Notes under the pieces: model-generated
What the model saw: only the letters and a program-made list of their open reading frames with translations
What the model was told of the DNA's origin: nothing
The model's database searches: none
Made by a program: the position numbers and the translations under genes
Source of the DNA: a virus
Taxonomy: Duplodnaviria; Caudoviricetes
Reading direction: 5' to 3' (one strand)
DNA length: 64,000 nucleotides
Virus record (IMG/VR): IMGVR_UViG_3300021400_000193
Location: 7,636-71,635 of that record
Shown: positions 62,384 through 64,000 of the stretch, in pieces
Layout of the letters: each line of letters starts with the position of its first letter
Numbering within the stretch: position 1 is the first letter of the stretch

Positions 62384-62764
62384 TTATGCTTCTCTCCAAC
62401 CTATTATATCTTCGATTGGCTCTGCTGAAAACGAAGTGTAATCATCATTATCATCGATATCAATGAATACCTCTTCTGAAGTTCCATCTTTATAAAAGAA
62501 AATATAAGTACCATCATACCAAGGAAGGTCACGTTTATCTTTAACTTCATGCATTCCGATTTTAGAATGGCTCTTACCTTCATCTATAGGAACAACTTTT
62601 TCAACTATCCAATCATAATCCACATTTTCTTGGGTATTTTTCAAAACAGTTTCAACATAAGTTTCCACTTGTTCTAAGGTATCAAATCTTACCTTAAAAT
62701 CATCAGCATAATTCATATCATTATAAAAACGTGAAACTTTAATAATAAAATATTCTTTTTGCAT
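62384..62764 (-). CDS. hypothetical protein
   Basis: 126 aa, AAGGAG RBS, TTGACA promoter. Confidence 0.65.
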   Translation of the reverse strand: MQKEYFIIKVSRFYNDMNYADDFKVRFDTLEQVETYVETVLKNTQENVDYDWIVEKVVPIDEGKSHSKIGMHEVKDKRDLPWYDGTYIFFYKDGTSEEVFIDIDDNDDYTSFSAEPIEDIIGWREA

Positions 62765-62830
62765 AATTTTACTCCTTGTCTCATATACAAGGAGAATATC
62801 ACACGTTTATTCAAATGTCAAGAAAAATTA

Positions 62831-63211
62831 TTAAATTTCTGAGTCAGTTTCTTCTTTTACCTTTTCTTCAACAACCTTATTCATAATTTCATTTCTATGC
62901 TTAATCACATCTTCCATCATTTTGTCTGTCTTCTTATCAAACTCTTCCGCAATTTCATCAATAGAATCTTCTTTCTTTGCCACCAAATAAGGAATGATGT
63001 TATTAATCAATGCTGATGATAAAATTGTGTGAGCGTTCTTTGGTTCAGCCTTACCAAATGAAAGTATCATTCTACTTGCAAAAGCGTTTTCAATAAGATA
63101 TTTTTCTTCATCTTCCTTTTTACAATCTTTCAATCCTTGAAAGAAAGCCACTACTGTTGCAATTGCCTTTTCTTCTTTTTCTGTAAGTTTGATGTTTACT
63201 GTTTTATCCAT
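62831..63211 (-). CDS. hypothetical protein
   Basis: 126 aa, GAGGAG RBS. Confidence 0.65.
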   Translation of the reverse strand: MDKTVNIKLTEKEEKAIATVVAFFQGLKDCKKEDEEKYLIENAFASRMILSFGKAEPKNAHTILSSALINNIIPYLVAKKEDSIDEIAEEFDKKTDKMMEDVIKHRNEIMNKVVEEKVKEETDSEI

Positions 63212-63293
63212 AATAAATTCTCCTCAAATAATAATTAAATTATTACGTATTTTGAAATAATTTGCAACTATGTTTTTTTTATATAAAATTTAA

Positions 63294-63542
63294 TTGAACG
63301 GTTTGATTGAAGAATGCGGAATTATAGATTTAAAAACTTATCCTACGGGTACTCAAACATACAAATTTAATATCATATTTACACAAAAACCAACAGTAGC
63401 GATTACTATAGATACTTCAAGTTATGATGATAATTCAACTCATTTTGTACAAGTTCACAATGTAACAGAAACAAGATTTCAAATTAAAAGACCTGAAACA
63501 AGTGGAACTTGGTTATTAAATTATATAACAATTGGTTACTAA
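63294..63542 (+). other. start-less tail-fibre tip cassette (gp53-like C-terminal domain)
   Basis: NGLIEECG...F...FT..P.V...NYITIGY*; no ATG or RBS. Confidence 0.7.
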
Positions 63543-63561
63543 TTCGTAATAATACAAAGAG

Positions 63562-63814
63562 TTAGTAACCAATAGCCTTCCAAGTATAAGTTCCCCAAGT
63601 TGGAACTGCATAATACTGAAAATTTTGAGTGGTGATATAACTAGGAAACATACGAACTTGTATCGTATCTCGCTGGTCAGCGGTAGCACTATTTCCACGT
63701 TGAGGGTGTCCTATTATAGTTGGATAATTATTAGAAAAATTAATTTTAAGATTAACCGTAGTCCACCCTTCTGTAGTTGGAGTTTCAAATGCCCATTGTT
63801 CAATCAAACCGTTC
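63562..63814 (-). other. start-less tail-fibre tip cassette, inverted
   Basis: NGLIEQWA...F....P.I...WKAIGY*; shares 5' 16-mer and 3' 12-mer with the + cassette. Confidence 0.72.
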
Positions 63815-64000
63815 CTATGAATTATATAATTAATTCAAGATACTTCATTAATTAAATTCTCATATAAAATTTATCATAGATTTCAAATAAAAGAAAGAAA
63901 ATTTAAATCATAAATTTAATTAGAAAAGTATCCTAATTAAAAATTTTATAATTTTATAGTAAATCTTTATTATAAAATTTGAAATATTTATTAATTGTAT

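Noticed and set aside
1-64000. Genome-wide stop-codon reassignment (TAG or TGA)
   Set aside because: Coding density is high under the standard code and TAG/TGA end several well-bounded genes; only the terminase has a clear internal TAG
1-64000. CRISPR array, tRNA or rRNA genes, reverse transcriptase/DGR
   Set aside because: No regularly spaced repeats, tRNA cloverleaf with T-loop consensus, or RT motifs were seen by eye

Overview
AT-rich fragment of a large T4-like/jumbo myophage genome. Structural genes are scattered rather than clustered (tail sheath, tail tube, major capsid protein, scaffold-like protein, large terminase split by one in-frame TAG). Replication genes: family B DNA polymerase, primase, DnaC-like loader, PIF1-like helicase, gp32-like SSB, dUTPase. 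It also carries RtcB, IbrA/IbrB-like genes, a Mom-like GNAT, seven DNA methyltransferases, several free-standing homing-endonuclease-like genes, a solo TnpB and many small unknown ORFs. The most striking unexplained signal is a structured RNA module present four times (6168-6245, 11126-11192, 17553-17619, 46529-46592). It has no conserved sequence but an identical three-way-junction shape. In three copies one loop is complementary to the Shine-Dalgarno region and the other (7 nt) to a 7-nt hairpin loop in the leader of the adjacent endonuclease gene, which suggests a cognate dual-loop antisense silencing system. Other notable points: a shared C-terminal (L/I)FD(L/M/F) tail on six methyltransferases, a poly-G frameshifted methyltransferase, a captured bacterial segment (methyltransferase plus IS256 end) that breaks an HNH gene, silent inverted tail-fibre-tip cassettes, and putative protease-cleaved internal head polyproteins. 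All calls come from motif recognition by eye; no database search was run.
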